Assembly: GCA_030625085.1 (NCBI GenBank)
Contig: DAOURK010000004.1
Coordinates: 9,121-73,120 of the forward strand
Length of the DNA stretch: 64,000 nucleotides
From: Pseudomonadota bacterium
Lineage (GTDB): Bacteria; SZUA-182; DTGQ01
Direction: 5' to 3'
In this document: positions 63,508 through 64,000 of the stretch, one piece after another
Layout of the letters: every line of letters starts with the position of its first letter
How positions within the stretch are numbered: the first letter of the stretch is position 1
Translations under genes and position numbers: made by a program
Notes under the pieces: model-generated
What the model was told of the DNA's origin: nothing
Database searches by the model: none
Seen by the model: the letters and a program-made list of their open reading frames with translations, nothing else

Positions 63508-64000
63508 ATGGGAGCAAAAAAAATAAAGTACGGTAGTAATCTTTTACTTATCATCCTTATTATCATCGGTATCCTGGCCGTTATCAATTTTCTTTCTCTT
63601 CAACATTTCAAAAGGATTGACCTTACGGAAGGAAAAATATACTCGGTTTCAGAGTCAACGAAAAGGGCCTTAACCAGGCTCACGGATATTGTTAATATAA
63701 AAGTATATTTTTCCAAGGAATTGCCGCCGCAATTAGCCACCTTGGATAATCAGGTAAAGGATATCCTTGACGAATATAAGGCCTATAGCCAGGACAACCT
63801 CCGCATTGAATTTATTGACCCTGCCTCAGACCCTGACTTAGAAAGGCAAATGCGTTTTATGGGAGTACCAAAGGTCCAGTTGAATGTCTTTCAAAAAGAC
63901 CAGGCGCAACTTATAAATGTCTATCTGGGTATCGTAATAATGTATGAGGATAAAAAAGAGGTTATCCCGGTGATTCAAAACACTAAAAATCTTGAATATG
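63508..64000 (+). CDS. GldG-like ABC auxiliary component (3' end outside the window)
   Basis: MGAKKIKYGSN-TM-RIDLTEGKIYSVSEST...VYFSKELP...IEFIDP; frame open to the end of the window. Confidence 0.85.
   Translation, partial: MGAKKIKYGSNLLLIILIIIGILAVINFLSLQHFKRIDLTEGKIYSVSESTKRALTRLTDIVNIKVYFSKELPPQLATLDNQVKDILDEYKAYSQDNLRIEFIDPASDPDLERQMRFMGVPKVQLNVFQKDQAQLINVYLGIVIMYEDKKEVIPVIQNTKNLEY

Overview
AT-rich bacterial chromosomal window, probably from an anaerobic diderm related to Deltaproteobacteria/Desulfobacterota (inferred from gene styles only). Most of it is housekeeping: a partial pilT; a Rieske/cytochrome b/nonaheme cytochrome c operon; a sigma54 activator followed by selA, selB and a B12 radical SAM gene; a stand-alone UpxY/LoaP-type NusG paralog; split transketolase-ftsEX-envC-ctpA-deacetylase-tsaD; khpA, mazG, kamA; hrcA-grpE-dnaK-rsmE and groES-groEL, each with a perfect CIRCE; htpX, fmt, def, lolA, ftsK; a giant CoA-activase fusion; comEC; degP; a moxR/DUF58/bat cluster; and a gldAFG-like ABC system. 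Three less ordinary things stand out. (1) Three well-spaced sigma54 (-24/-12) motifs precede a sensor-less sigma54 activator, an unknown 735-aa acidic secreted protein and a pgsA-like/sigma70 pair, suggesting an undescribed sigma54-to-sigma70 cascade. (2) Six non-coding elements of exactly 101 bp, in two subfamilies, share terminal inverted repeats, 6-7 bp target duplications and a central IHF-like site. (3) Several other small palindromic repeat families occur. No rRNA, tRNA, CRISPR array or transposase was seen. All calls are by eye; no database search was run.
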